A DNA stretch of 64,000 bases from an uncultured Steroidobacteraceae bacterium (GTDB taxonomy: Bacteria; Pseudomonadota; Gammaproteobacteria; Steroidobacterales; Steroidobacteraceae). The stretch's first letter is position 1; each line of letters starts with the position of its first letter. Positions 1 to 9,674 of this stretch are shown here, in pieces. The stretch spans positions 41,307-105,306 of the forward strand of contig CAZDTG010000002.1 in NCBI GenBank assembly GCA_964508005.1, in the 5' to 3' direction. The notes beneath the pieces were generated by a model, which saw only the letters and a list, made by a program, of their open reading frames with translations, did no database searches and was not told where the DNA came from. The translations under genes and the position numbers were made by a program.

Positions 1-258
1 GTCTCGCAGTTTGCCCGCGCCATCGATGTGCCGCCGCCGACCCTGCACGCGCCGCGTTGGATGGGGATGAGCGTCGGCTGGGCAGCCGAGCAGGTGAGCG
101 CGGTCGTCGGGGCGGAGCCCCCAATATCCAGGCGCACCCTGGCGTTCTTCGAAAACAACAATGCCTTCGATATCAGCGCCGCGCGTGCGGCATTCGGCTT
201 CGATCCTCGGACGGAGCTGCCCGCGGGAGTGCGGCAGGCGGCCGCGGCCCTGCGCTGA
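1..258 (+). CDS. C-terminal fragment of an SDR-type sugar epimerase/dehydratase-like protein (5' end outside window)
   Basis: Frame-1 ORF is open to the window edge and stops at 256-258. The tail ...FFENNNAFDISAARAAFGFDPRTELPAGV resembles C-termini of NAD-dependent epimerases. The match is short and weak. Confidence 0.4.
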   Translation, partial: VSQFARAIDVPPPTLHAPRWMGMSVGWAAEQVSAVVGAEPPISRRTLAFFENNNAFDISAARAAFGFDPRTELPAGVRQAAAALR

Positions 259-287
259 GCCTGCCGCGACAAATTCGCCGCCCGCTC

Positions 288-1544
288 TCAACCATGGCGG
301 GCAAATCCGCCGATCGCAGTGCCGGCACCGGGGCGCCGCAAATGCGGCAGCGCCATCCAGGCGGCGATGAGACTGCGAACCAGCCAGCCCGCCGAGATCC
401 CATACAGGACACCGACCAGGCCCCAGGGTGCCGCCGCGAACGCCGCGACGACACTCAAGCCAAGTGTTGCCCAGGACACTGCGCTCAGCGTCCGCAACCC
501 CTTGTCCTCGGCCAGAGCAATGACGGTCCCGGTGGCGAAGGCGCTGCAGAGCTTCAGTACGCCTGACACCAGCGCCGCACACATCAGCGAGACGCTCAGG
601 TCGTAGCGGCCCGAGAGGAACCAGTGCGCAAGCGGCGGGGCAACGTTCCAGATGACTAGCGAGCCCGCACCGATGACTCCCGCGACGAGCAGCATCTCAC
701 GACGCAACAGCCGCCGGCGCTCCTCGACGCCGCCCGCCTGCCGCAGGTTCGGAATCAACGTGAAGAGCACCGCCATCTGCAACATGCGGAACGGCGACGC
801 CACGAGCGCCGCGGCCACCCCAAACAGGGCGAGCGCCTGCACGCCGGCTACGGGCGCAAGCAACAGACGCTCGAGCTGCAGGAACATGGAGTTGGAAGTG
901 TGGATGGTGACCAACGAGAAGGCTTCTCCCAGCAAGGCGCGAGCGGGCGCCGATGCCTCTCGAGGCGTGGATCCCCCGGCCGCGTCCTGACGCGCGGCGA
1001 GCACCCATGCGGCGGCCCCGCCAACAGCCGTTGTGAGCGCAAGCACGGCGCACGACTCGACGGCCGTCTCGAGACGAAGCAGGGACGTGAGCAGCGCGGT
1101 GAGCAACAACGTCCAGTTGGAGAGCTGCACGATCCACACGGCGGATCCGAATCGCCGCTGGCCTTGGAAGTGCGCGGCGCTCGCCTGCATGAGCCCGGAG
1201 GCGACCGTGGTGACCAGGATGCAGATCAGCAGCGCAGCATCCAGGCGATAGAAGATGGCGCTGGCGGCCGCGGTCACCAGGCCCACGGCCGTCGAGATAC
1301 CCACTATCGCGCGGCGCAGCCGCGAGTCGAGCCGCAACCCCCTGCGGCCGATCACGAGATCCAGGCCCAGCGGCGCCGCAAGGCCAGCCACCGCGACGAT
1401 ACCGACGATGAGTGAGATGACCCCATATTCCTCCGACGGCAACGTCCTCGCGAGGATCAGGTTGCCCAGCGTGAAGGCCACTCCGCCAAGGCCCAGGACC
1501 GCCGCCGCGCGAAGTGATGCTGACTTGCAGAGTGCGCGCAGCAT
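288..1544 (-). CDS. Polysaccharide flippase-like multi-span membrane protein (Wzx/MOP type)
   Basis: Internal ATG at 1544 (MLRALCKSASLRAAAVLGLGG...) gives a 418-aa protein that is hydrophobic throughout, with many predicted helices. Its start overlaps the asnB stop as TGATG. The upstream 149 codons of the track ORF lie inside asnB and are rejected. The call rests on composition plus glycan-locus context. Confidence 0.6.
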   Translation of the reverse strand: MLRALCKSASLRAAAVLGLGGVAFTLGNLILARTLPSEEYGVISLIVGIVAVAGLAAPLGLDLVIGRRGLRLDSRLRRAIVGISTAVGLVTAAASAIFYRLDAALLICILVTTVASGLMQASAAHFQGQRRFGSAVWIVQLSNWTLLLTALLTSLLRLETAVESCAVLALTTAVGGAAAWVLAARQDAAGGSTPREASAPARALLGEAFSLVTIHTSNSMFLQLERLLLAPVAGVQALALFGVAAALVASPFRMLQMAVLFTLIPNLRQAGGVEERRRLLRREMLLVAGVIGAGSLVIWNVAPPLAHWFLSGRYDLSVSLMCAALVSGVLKLCSAFATGTVIALAEDKGLRTLSAVSWATLGLSVVAAFAAAPWGLVGVLYGISAGWLVRSLIAAWMALPHLRRPGAGTAIGGFARHG

Positions 1545-3460
1545 CAAGCTGCCGCTGTGCGCACCCGCGAGGGTGGCGGCGTACTCGAGGCTGCCTCGGC
1601 GGGCATCGGCCTGGGCCCCGAGAGCAGTTGCCGCTCCCACAGGCTGAGGTTGAGCAGCCCCCAGAACAGGTGGCTGTGATTGTGCCGGCGTTGCTGATGC
1701 TCCTGCCAGCAGCGCTCCAGCGTGTCCTTGCGGAAATGCTCCGCGATGAGCCGCGACGAGAACACCTCGTCCCGGGTGAGCTGCAGGAGCTCGCCGCGGA
1801 TCCAGTTCTTCATCGGAATGCTGAAACCCTGTTTCGCGCGAGTCGCGATGCCCGGGGGCAGCCGCTCGCGCATGACGCTCTTCAGCAGCCACTTGGTTGT
1901 CAGTCCGCGCAGCTTGAGATTCGTCGGCAGGGAATAGCAGAACTCGACGACGCGGTGGTCGAGGAAGGGCGGGCGCACCTCCAGGCCGCACGCCATCGAC
2001 ATTTTGTCCACCTTCATCAGCACGCTGTCGGGCAGTACCGTGTTCAGCTCTACGTACTGCTCACGCGGGCCGCGCTCTTGCGGCGCGAGTCCCGACCAGC
2101 GTTTCACGGGTGCGAACGGATCGGAATCGATGGTCCGCAGCCATTCGGCGGCGAATAGCTGCGCCGCCTCCGCGGGGTCGAGGAAGTACTGCCAGCGAAT
2201 GTGCCCGCCTTCCGCGGGCAGGAGTGCTCCCTGCAGGAAGCGCTTGAGAACATTCCGGACCCCTTTTTTGCGCTCATCATCCGGTATCCGGCGCACGATG
2301 GCGCGGTAGAGCTGGTTGCGGAACGGGAGCGGCAGCGACTCGAGGCCCGCCGCCGCCTTGCTTGCTCTGAACCGGTCGTATCCCATCAGGAGCTCATCAC
2401 CGCCGTCGCCGCTGAGGCACACCTTCACATGACGACGCGCCTCTTCGCAGATGAGCATGAACGGCAGATTCGAGGGATCCGTGGTCGGCTCGTCCAGATG
2501 CCACACGGAGCGCTCGATCGCGGCAGCATCTACCGGCGGAATCAACAACTCCGTGTGCCGGGTCTGGAAGTGGTCCGCGACCTGCCGGGCATATTCGAAC
2601 TCGCTGAACGAGCGCTCACGGTAACCCAGTGCGAAAGTCTGCAACGACGTTGGTAACGCCTTCGCCAGGAAACTCACGACCGTGCTCGAATCGATGCCGC
2701 CGGACAGGAAAGCCCCGAGCGGGACATCGCTCATCGTGTGATCGGCGCACGAGCGCTCGAGGATCTCCAGCAGGCCCGCTCCACTCGGCTCGATGTCCTG
2801 CTGCTGCAGTGTCCAGTACCGCGACAACCGGACACCCTGCGGATCGACGATGAGCAGGCATCCGGGCAGGAGCTTGCGAATGCCTTCAAAGAGCGTGTCG
2901 GGCGCGGGGATGAACTCGTAGCCCATGAAATCGAACAGACCCTGCGCGTTCACCTTGCGGGGCACGAGCGGGTCGGCCAGGAGAGCTTTGATCTCGGAGG
3001 CGAAGCGGACCCGCGTCCCCTCCAGCATGTAGTAGAGCGGCTTGATACCCAGCCGGTCGCGAGCCAACACCAGGCGTCGCTGCCGGGCATCCCAGATCGC
3101 CAGGGCAAACATCCCCGTGAGGTGCTTCACGAAGTCGAGGCCATACTCCTCGTACGCATGCACGATGGATTCGGTATCGCTGCGGCTGCGGAATGCGTGC
3201 CCCTTGCTCTGCAGCCGCGCGCGCAGCTCCAGATGGTTGTAGATTTCGCCGTTGAAGGTGATCCAGATGGAGCCGTCTTCGTTCGAGAGGGGCTGCCGGC
3301 CGCCGTCACTCAGATCGACGATGCTCAGGCGGCGATGCCCCAGGGAGACTCCGTCGGCCACGTACGAGCCGTGGCCGTCGGGACCCCGATGCACCAGCAG
3401 GGCTTTCATCCGCTCAACGAGCGGCGCATCGGTCCAGTTGAAGCCGCAAATTCCGCACAT
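1544..3460 (-). CDS. asnB: Asparagine synthase (glutamine-hydrolysing), AsnB-type amidotransferase
   Basis: 638 aa. It has the N-terminal MCGICGF Ntn-amidotransferase motif and the PP-loop LGAFLSGGIDSSTV. The ATG at 3460 lies 3 nt after the upstream glycosyltransferase stop. Confidence 0.9.
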   Translation of the reverse strand: MCGICGFNWTDAPLVERMKALLVHRGPDGHGSYVADGVSLGHRRLSIVDLSDGGRQPLSNEDGSIWITFNGEIYNHLELRARLQSKGHAFRSRSDTESIVHAYEEYGLDFVKHLTGMFALAIWDARQRRLVLARDRLGIKPLYYMLEGTRVRFASEIKALLADPLVPRKVNAQGLFDFMGYEFIPAPDTLFEGIRKLLPGCLLIVDPQGVRLSRYWTLQQQDIEPSGAGLLEILERSCADHTMSDVPLGAFLSGGIDSSTVVSFLAKALPTSLQTFALGYRERSFSEFEYARQVADHFQTRHTELLIPPVDAAAIERSVWHLDEPTTDPSNLPFMLICEEARRHVKVCLSGDGGDELLMGYDRFRASKAAAGLESLPLPFRNQLYRAIVRRIPDDERKKGVRNVLKRFLQGALLPAEGGHIRWQYFLDPAEAAQLFAAEWLRTIDSDPFAPVKRWSGLAPQERGPREQYVELNTVLPDSVLMKVDKMSMACGLEVRPPFLDHRVVEFCYSLPTNLKLRGLTTKWLLKSVMRERLPPGIATRAKQGFSIPMKNWIRGELLQLTRDEVFSSRLIAEHFRKDTLERCWQEHQQRRHNHSHLFWGLLNLSLWERQLLSGPRPMPAEAASSTPPPSRVRTAAA

Positions 3461-3463
3461 GGG

Positions 3464-4696
3464 TCAGGAACGTGCCGCGGTCGCGGGGGTCGCAGCAGCC
3501 TCCATAGGTACCAACTCATCGAAAACCGCAAGGATGCGCTGTGCCGCCTGTTGCCAGGTGAAGCTCCTCGCGCGGACGACGCCGGCCCGCGCCAGCCGTG
3601 TGCGCAGCTCGTCCGAGCCCGTCACTTCCAACAGCGCCGCGGCGATGTCCGACTCATCGTAAGGATCGATCAGGCGCGCCGCGGAAGCGGCCACCTCCGG
3701 TCCGGCACCCGTAGAGGGCACGATGGCCGGACAGCCCGTCGCCAGGGCTTCCAGGATCGGCAGACCGAAACTCTCGAAGAGTGTCGCCAGCACGAAGCAG
3801 TCGGCGAGTTGATAGGCCATGGCGAGGCGCTCGTTCGGCACGAATCCGATGAAGTGCACGCCTTGCAGGTCGGCGTCGGAAAATCCCCGCGACCGAACGT
3901 ATCTCTCGATTTCCCGTCCTGCGACCACGAGGGGCAGGGGATGCGGCGTCTGTTGCCGGTAGCGGCGATAGGCTCGCAGCAGACGCTCGTTGTTGCCGCC
4001 GGGATAGTCGGGAAAGCCGCGGTGGCCGGTGTGCAGTACGCGCGCGACGGTGAGGATGAAGCGCTCGGGTAGCGCATACTCTTTGCGGAAGCTCTCCTGC
4101 GCGCCCGGATCCCCAGCCACGGTGAATTCGGGGGCGACGCCGGCGTAGGTGATGCCGGTCTGTGGAAGCGTCATCTTCATGTGACGAGTGAGCTCATCGA
4201 GGGTCGTCTTGGAGATGGCGAGCAGGGCGCTGGCCTTGCGGCAGTAAAGCGGCAGCATGAGCCTGATATAAATGTTGTCCCACCATGGATAGTTCCGGGG
4301 ATTGACATACCAGTCGCTGCTCTGCAGGACGAAGACGCCCGGAACGCGGCTCAACAGCGGAAGGGAGAACTTCGGGTTGAACAAGAGATCCACCTTCATC
4401 CGGTGCGCAGCCACCGGCACGAGCACCTGGTCCCAGATGAACTTGCTGGGGCAGGCGATCACGTGCGGCTGTGCGTTGCCGAACTCGGTCCAGCGATCGC
4501 ACGACTGTCCGCTGCCCAGGAAAATGACGTAGCGGGTCTGCGGATCCAGCGCGAGCAGCTGCCGCAATACCTGCTCGCAGTATCTGCCGAGCCCGTCGGG
4601 CTGATCGATCCCGCGCGCCATGACCCCGATCGTTCGTCGGGTCACCCCCCCGGCGGCACTAGTGCGCAAGCGGCTGGCTCCCGCGGAAAGTGGCAA
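3464..4696 (-). CDS. Glycosyltransferase family 4 (GT-B, group 1)
   Basis: C-terminal signature ...CFVLATLFESFGLPILEALATGCPAIVPSTGAGPEV. The start is ambiguous: 4696 overlaps the upstream gene by 38 nt, while ATG 4621 (MARGIDQPDGLGRY) is the more likely start. Confidence 0.85.
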   Translation of the reverse strand: MPLSAGASRLRTSAAGGVTRRTIGVMARGIDQPDGLGRYCEQVLRQLLALDPQTRYVIFLGSGQSCDRWTEFGNAQPHVIACPSKFIWDQVLVPVAAHRMKVDLLFNPKFSLPLLSRVPGVFVLQSSDWYVNPRNYPWWDNIYIRLMLPLYCRKASALLAISKTTLDELTRHMKMTLPQTGITYAGVAPEFTVAGDPGAQESFRKEYALPERFILTVARVLHTGHRGFPDYPGGNNERLLRAYRRYRQQTPHPLPLVVAGREIERYVRSRGFSDADLQGVHFIGFVPNERLAMAYQLADCFVLATLFESFGLPILEALATGCPAIVPSTGAGPEVAASAARLIDPYDESDIAAALLEVTGSDELRTRLARAGVVRARSFTWQQAAQRILAVFDELVPMEAAATPATAARS

Positions 4697-5843
4697 GCTT
4701 GTGGGCGGCGATGGACAGCAGGCTCGCCCGTCCCCGCCCCGGCAGCAGCGGCAGCCAGTCGGACCTCAGCCGTCCAAAGACCGGCAGCGGCAGCCGGGCG
4801 CCCCGCGCCCGGCGATAATCCAGGGCCACGCCGAACGCGTTGCGGAATCCAAACCGTTTGGCGAGCTCCAGCGAGAGCGGTGAGCCGAGCATCCAGGGGT
4901 AGGCCACGGAAGTCGGCGCATAACCCAGGTGAGCCCGAAACTCCGTCCGGGCCAGCTCGAACTCGGAGCTCACCAGGCTCACGAAGTCGGTGTCGCTCAT
5001 GAGCTCGCCGCTCAGCACGGGGGAGCGCGCGCGGTACAGCCTGTGCAGCCGGGCGGCCCAATCTGAAAGCTCGAAGAAAGCTTCTCCCCCCGACTCGGTC
5101 ACCAGCCGGATGCAACATTCCGTCAGTCCCGGACTCTCCAGATAACGCGACGCCGCGGAGAGAAGGGGAGCCGCGCGGTAGATGGGTGCGCCCGGCGGCG
5201 GCGGCCCGAGCCGGTCGCCGGCAACCGTGTTGCACATCGGCCAATCGTACAAGTCGCGCTGCGCGAGCAACTTCGGCGTTGCAAAGCCGACGAGCTGGTC
5301 GGAAGTCGCCACCAACGCGTGGCGATGGGCATGCGATTGCACGTCCACCCGCCCGGACTCCGCGCATGCGCGCACCTGTTCCCAGCTCATGAAGCGCTGA
5401 CAGCCCGTCACGGCGGCCGGATTCATCCAGTACGAAGGCACGAAAAGGGTGGCGCGGGCGTCGAAGGCACGCAGCGCCGGCAAGGCGACTTCGTAAAAAC
5501 TGCTCCTCGCATCGTCAAACGTGAGCAGAACGCGCTTCTCGCGGGTGCCCGCCTTGCGCGAGGCCGCGGCCATGAACTCATCGAGGCCGATCGTCCGATA
5601 GCCATTGGAACGCAGGAATTCGAGTTCCCGGCTGAAGGCGGACGTTTCCACATCATGATAGATGAAGACCGGAATCTCGCCTCGGGACGGGGGTAACCCC
5701 AACAAAAACAGGGGATAACGTGTCCTGAGCACGTTCCCCGCGCCGCGCAGCGCGCGCTTGGCCGCGGCAAAGGCCACTTCGCCCTGCTGGTTGTACCGTG
5801 CATTCCACTTCATGACGCTGAAGAATTGCCCAACGTGAGCCAA
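4659..5843 (-). CDS. Polysaccharide deacetylase (NodB/CE4 family)
   Basis: Motifs IPVFIYHDV and LLTFDDARSSFYEVALPALRAFDARATLFV. The codon at 5843 is TTG; the alternative ATG is at 5813. Confidence 0.8.
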   Translation of the reverse strand: MAHVGQFFSVMKWNARYNQQGEVAFAAAKRALRGAGNVLRTRYPLFLLGLPPSRGEIPVFIYHDVETSAFSRELEFLRSNGYRTIGLDEFMAAASRKAGTREKRVLLTFDDARSSFYEVALPALRAFDARATLFVPSYWMNPAAVTGCQRFMSWEQVRACAESGRVDVQSHAHRHALVATSDQLVGFATPKLLAQRDLYDWPMCNTVAGDRLGPPPPGAPIYRAAPLLSAASRYLESPGLTECCIRLVTESGGEAFFELSDWAARLHRLYRARSPVLSGELMSDTDFVSLVSSEFELARTEFRAHLGYAPTSVAYPWMLGSPLSLELAKRFGFRNAFGVALDYRRARGARLPLPVFGRLRSDWLPLLPGRGRASLLSIAAHKLATFRGSQPLAH

Positions 5844-5878
5844 AGCTCGGGTCCTGTGAGTTCCTGACGACGCGCTTG

Positions 5879-5897
5879 GGCCTGCAAGTTGCAGGCC
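5879..5897. promoter_or_regulatory. 19-bp palindrome in the divergent EPS promoter region (candidate operator)
   Basis: ggcctgcaa-g-ttgcaggcc has perfect 9-bp arms. It lies between the minus-strand deacetylase operon and the plus-strand ydjC-like/GT4 genes. Confidence 0.3.
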
Positions 5898-6052
5898 GGG
5901 GGCCGAGGGTGGAAGACGGATGAGCCGCTGTCATTGCCGAGGCTCAGGCCAAGCGAGCTTGGGCTGAGCTTGTGTGCGGCACGGTTCGTGCTCCCGTCCC
6001 GTGCACCATTCGATAATAGATTTCAGGGCGCTCACAATCGAGTCACGCGCGC

Positions 6053-6922
6053 TTGCACCCATCAGCTGACCTAATCCATGTAGCGAAGCATCGGACCCGA
6101 CTCCAAGACGGATTCCCGCTCGTCATTCATGCCGACGACTTCGGGGAAACGATCGAAATCACCAACGGCATCCGCCGGGGGATCGAGGCGGGTGTGCTCA
6201 CGAGCACCTCCATCATGGCGAACATGCCCGCGACGACTTACGCGCTGCAGCGCGTTCGCCCCCTTGCCGGCCATGCGAGCTTCGGGGTTCATCTGAACCT
6301 GTGCGAGGGGCGACCCCTCACCCGCGCACCGACCCTGAGCGGCGAAGCAGGAGAGTTCCACTGCAAACGGGATCTGATCCGGCGCGCGCTGTCGCGAAGA
6401 TTGTCTCTCCCGGAGTTGGAAAGTGAGATTTCGGCACAGATCGCGCTCGTGCGCGACGCCGGTGTGGCCATCTCCCATGTCGATGGACACAAGCACCTCC
6501 ACCAGCTGCCGGTGATCAGCACCGCGGTGGCCAATGTGTTGCCGCGGTTCGGCATCGAGCGCGTGCGCCTGATGCGCCTGCAAACTCTCGCCGCGCTCGG
6601 CGCCCGCGCCACATTGCTGCGCGAGCTGGCCGCGTCGCGTGCCGCCCGGATCTTCCGGCGTGCCGCCCTCCGTTCCCCGGTTCGCACGCTCGACTTGCGA
6701 GACATACTCGAAAACAGACTCGGCCGCCGCGGACCCCGGGCACTGGTGGACGCGCGCGGGCCCGTGGAGCTGTGTTGCCATCCCGCGTCCGCCGCCGCGC
6801 TGGTGGGCAAACCGAGCAGTCACCGCCGCTCACAGGAGCTCGATTATCTGCTATCGCCGCGTTTCCGCGAGCTCCTGGAAGAAGCTCAGGCGCGACCGGT
6901 CACCTACTGGGAGGTAGGCTGA
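6053..6922 (+). CDS. YdjC/ChbG-family carbohydrate deacetylase
   Basis: Motifs LVIHADDFG, HLNLCEGRP and HVDGHKHLHQLP. The TTG start at 6053 is uncertain. The stop is immediately followed by the next ATG at 6923. Confidence 0.8.
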   Translation: MHPSADLIHVAKHRTRLQDGFPLVIHADDFGETIEITNGIRRGIEAGVLTSTSIMANMPATTYALQRVRPLAGHASFGVHLNLCEGRPLTRAPTLSGEAGEFHCKRDLIRRALSRRLSLPELESEISAQIALVRDAGVAISHVDGHKHLHQLPVISTAVANVLPRFGIERVRLMRLQTLAALGARATLLRELAASRAARIFRRAALRSPVRTLDLRDILENRLGRRGPRALVDARGPVELCCHPASAAALVGKPSSHRRSQELDYLLSPRFRELLEEAQARPVTYWEVG

Positions 6923-8158
6923 ATGCGCATCCTGAAAATCGTCCCGCAGGCGTTCTACACCGCCAGGGGCACACCGCTGAGCGCCTACCACCGCGCGCGT
7001 GAGCTCATTGCACGCGGTCACGAGGTCGACATCCTGACGTATGGGGTCGGGGGCGACCCGCCGAACTCCGCAGCCCGCGTGTTCCGCTCGCGCGGACCGC
7101 ATTTCAAGAGCTCCATTCCCGCCGGCCCCTCGCGGCTGAAGATCTGGTTCGATTTCCTGCTCTTCATCAATCTGCTGGCACACCTTTCCCGGCACCGCTA
7201 TGACGTTCTCTATGCGCACGAGGAGGGCGCGCTGCTGGCGCGGCTGGCCGGCGCGATCTTCCGCATACCTTACATCTACGACATGCATTCGAGCCTGCCA
7301 TTGCAGATCACCGATTGGAAATTCAGCACCCGCCCGTCTGTGATCGCAGCGTTTCGCTGGGTGGAGCGTCTGAGCGTCCGGGGCGCCTGTGCGGTGGTAG
7401 CGATCTCTCCCGCGGTCGCGCGGGCCGCGCATAGCGCCTGCCCCGACACTCCCTGTGTGCTGTTAGCCAATCACTTCGAGCTGAATCAGGTCGTGCCGCG
7501 GGAGGAGGTCGCGGCGGTGCGCTCCCGTCATGGAATTCCGCTCGAGCGCAAGCTCGTGGTGTATGCCGGCTCGTTCGTCGCGTTACAGGCGCTGGATCTG
7601 CTGCTCGATGCGGTTCCCAGTGTTCTTGCCGCCGTGCCCAACACGACGTTCCTGTTGGTGGGAGGCAGCGACCCTGAAATCGCAGCCCTGCGCTCCCAGG
7701 CGCAACGGATGGGCATCTCCGAGCAGGTCATCCTGGAGCGCAATCTGCCGCAGAGTGCCGTCCCGGCTTATCTCGAGGCCGCGGACGTGCTCGTGTCGCC
7801 GCGCATCCAAGGCATCAACTCCCCCGGCAAGCTCCTCAACTACCTGGCATCCGGCCGGCCCATCGTGGCCACCGACACCCTGGTCCACAATCAGCTCCTT
7901 ACGGACAAATCCGCGATCCTGACTCCTCCAACCGCGGCGGGGCTGGCTGCGGGCCTCGTAACGGCGCTCACCGATCCTGCTCGCGTCGCCGAGGTCACGG
8001 CGGGTGCCGCCAAGCTCCTCAGCCGTTACTCCAGCAAGGCGGATCGGGACGCTGCCTACGAGGCAGTTCTGAATGCAGCTCGAATGGCGGCGCTCTCCAG
8101 AAGCGCGCGCCGCAGCACGCCCTCCACGGGTAGCGAAGGACGACGACCCTCCCCATAA
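6923..8158 (+). CDS. Glycosyltransferase family 4
   Basis: N-terminus MRILKIVPQAFYTARGTPLSAYHRARELIARGHEVDILTYG. C-terminal region ...LVSPRIQGINSPGKLLNYLASGRPIVATD. Confidence 0.85.
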   Translation: MRILKIVPQAFYTARGTPLSAYHRARELIARGHEVDILTYGVGGDPPNSAARVFRSRGPHFKSSIPAGPSRLKIWFDFLLFINLLAHLSRHRYDVLYAHEEGALLARLAGAIFRIPYIYDMHSSLPLQITDWKFSTRPSVIAAFRWVERLSVRGACAVVAISPAVARAAHSACPDTPCVLLANHFELNQVVPREEVAAVRSRHGIPLERKLVVYAGSFVALQALDLLLDAVPSVLAAVPNTTFLLVGGSDPEIAALRSQAQRMGISEQVILERNLPQSAVPAYLEAADVLVSPRIQGINSPGKLLNYLASGRPIVATDTLVHNQLLTDKSAILTPPTAAGLAAGLVTALTDPARVAEVTAGAAKLLSRYSSKADRDAAYEAVLNAARMAALSRSARRSTPSTGSEGRRPSP

Positions 8159-8356
8159 GCCTCCCTGTCGCCGGAGGCTGCCGCAGCGACGAGCGCACCG
8201 GGGCGGTCGACCCTGTCGCTCCACCTGCGGGAGCGTTATGTCAACTTCCGGATGACGCCAAACAAAGACAGTTGTGCCGCATCTGAGATTTTTGGTCTCA
8301 TATGTGGCAGATGCTGGCTCGGGTCGGCGGTGACTGACGGCAAAAAAAGGGAGCGT

Positions 8357-8986
8357 ATGGATTCGACGCACGCGTTGTTGACGCCCGGATACATCGAGCA
8401 TGCCGAAACGGGGACCCACGAGCGCCTGGTGCAGCCGCGCGGCTCGTTCTTCCTGACCCTGTGCCCTGTTGCGGCACCGATTCCCGTACCACAGCCGACA
8501 TCGCCCGGACTGCAATCCTACCGATTCTTCTTCACGCGCCGCGGGGAGAACGGCCGGGAGCGCTGCTGGCTCCACTTCGGCCATTTCCGCGGGGCGGCGG
8601 AGGCCCGAAAATGGCTCGAGGTCCTGCGGCGCGTCTATCCGCGCGCGGTGATGCGTCAAGTCCCGCAGACACATGCGGCACCTCCGGCGCGTGAGTCGCA
8701 ACGCGAAACACTCAGCGACAGTCAGGTGTTGGCGCTTCTCGAGAAGAGCCGGAGCGACGACAACCGTCCTCACGAGGCATCACTCCCAGCGACGCAGCGA
8801 CGCGACGAACCGACCCTCGAAGACACCCTGAACGAGCTCCGGCAGAGTGCCTACGACGGTTTGGAAGCGGACGGCGATCTGAGCGCCACCGGAGTGCGGC
8901 ACTTGCGAGTGGAGCTGCAAAAGAAGTCACCCTTTTCGCAACAACAGAAGAGGCGCGGCGCTGCGGCACGTGCCCGCAAGTCATAG
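8357..8986 (+). CDS. Hypothetical protein (possible SPOR-like core, charged C-terminal tail)
   Basis: ATG 8357 is preceded by aagggag. The segment FFLTLCPV...YRFFFTRRGENGRERCWLHFGHFRGAAEARKWLEVLRRVYPRAVM has the hydrophobic/Gly/aromatic pattern of SPOR-type domains. I recognise no family with confidence. Confidence 0.45.
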   Translation: MDSTHALLTPGYIEHAETGTHERLVQPRGSFFLTLCPVAAPIPVPQPTSPGLQSYRFFFTRRGENGRERCWLHFGHFRGAAEARKWLEVLRRVYPRAVMRQVPQTHAAPPARESQRETLSDSQVLALLEKSRSDDNRPHEASLPATQRRDEPTLEDTLNELRQSAYDGLEADGDLSATGVRHLRVELQKKSPFSQQQKRRGAAARARKS

Positions 8987-9008
8987 GCGGGGTAGCGGAG
9001 ATTCCCAA

Positions 9009-9644
9009 GTGCGCAAATATCTCGACATGGCCAAGCGTTCCACGGACCGCGCGGCGACTGTGATGCAACGTCTGTTGGGTTTGTCCCGCGAGCAGCCTCC
9101 CGCTCCGGGGCCGACCGACCTCAACGAGCTGGTTCGCGAGATGGCCGAGCTCCTGCGCAGCTCGCTCGGGCGCGGCGTGTCGATACGAACCCGCCTGGGT
9201 GAGGATGTTGGCACGACCGCCGTCGATGCGGGCGGCCTCGAGACCTCGATTCTCAATCTGGCCGTAAACGCCCGCGAGGCCATGGGAGCCTCCGGAGAGC
9301 TGACGATCGAGACGAGCAACGCGTTACTCGATGAGGCCGACCCCTTCGGCCATCGAGAGGTGACACCTGGTCACTACGTCGTAATCGCCATGGGCGATAC
9401 CGGCGCGGGCATGTCGCGAGAGGTCATCGCGCGGGCGTGCGATCCGTTCTTTAGCGGGCCGCCAGGCGAGGGCACCGGCCTCGGCCTCTCGCAGGTCCGC
9501 GACTTCCTGCGCCAGGCGCGAGGACATATCGCCATAGAAAGTGAGCCGGGCATGGGAACGACGGTCCGCCTGTATCTGCCGCGCTCGACGCCCAGCGCCT
9601 CGGATCCTGTGTACCGCAGCTCGCAGATTTACGCGATCTCGTAG
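9009..9644 (+). pseudogene. Truncated sensor histidine kinase: HATPase_c domain only, no H-box or sensor
   Basis: N, G1 and G2 boxes are present (ILNLAVNAREAM, VIAMGDTGAGM, GEGTGLGLSQV). The sequence begins inside the second DHp helix (LDMAKRSTDRAATVMQRLLGLSREQPP). The space upstream is occupied by another frame's ORF. A GTG at 9009 with GGAG upstream could still give a 211-aa product. Confidence 0.7.
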
Positions 9645-9674
9645 AGGGACGACAACTGCACAGCTCGTGTCGTG

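Noticed and set aside
2738-4072. 444-aa plus-strand ORF across asnB and the GT4 gene
   Set aside because: It is antisense to two genes with clear family motifs. Its composition is dominated by R, A, G and P, with no motifs.
8298-8307. Extra copies of the CATATGTG/CACATATG motif (8298, 50151) as a dispersed regulatory element linked to the cassette leader
   Set aside because: CATATG is expected about 5-6 times in 64 kb at this base composition, and about 5 were seen. The extra copies lack the flanking conserved leader sequence.
7583-8773. 396-aa minus-strand ORF spanning the GT4 3' end and the hypothetical gene
   Set aside because: It is antisense to a motif-bearing glycosyltransferase, with an Arg-rich translation and no start context.
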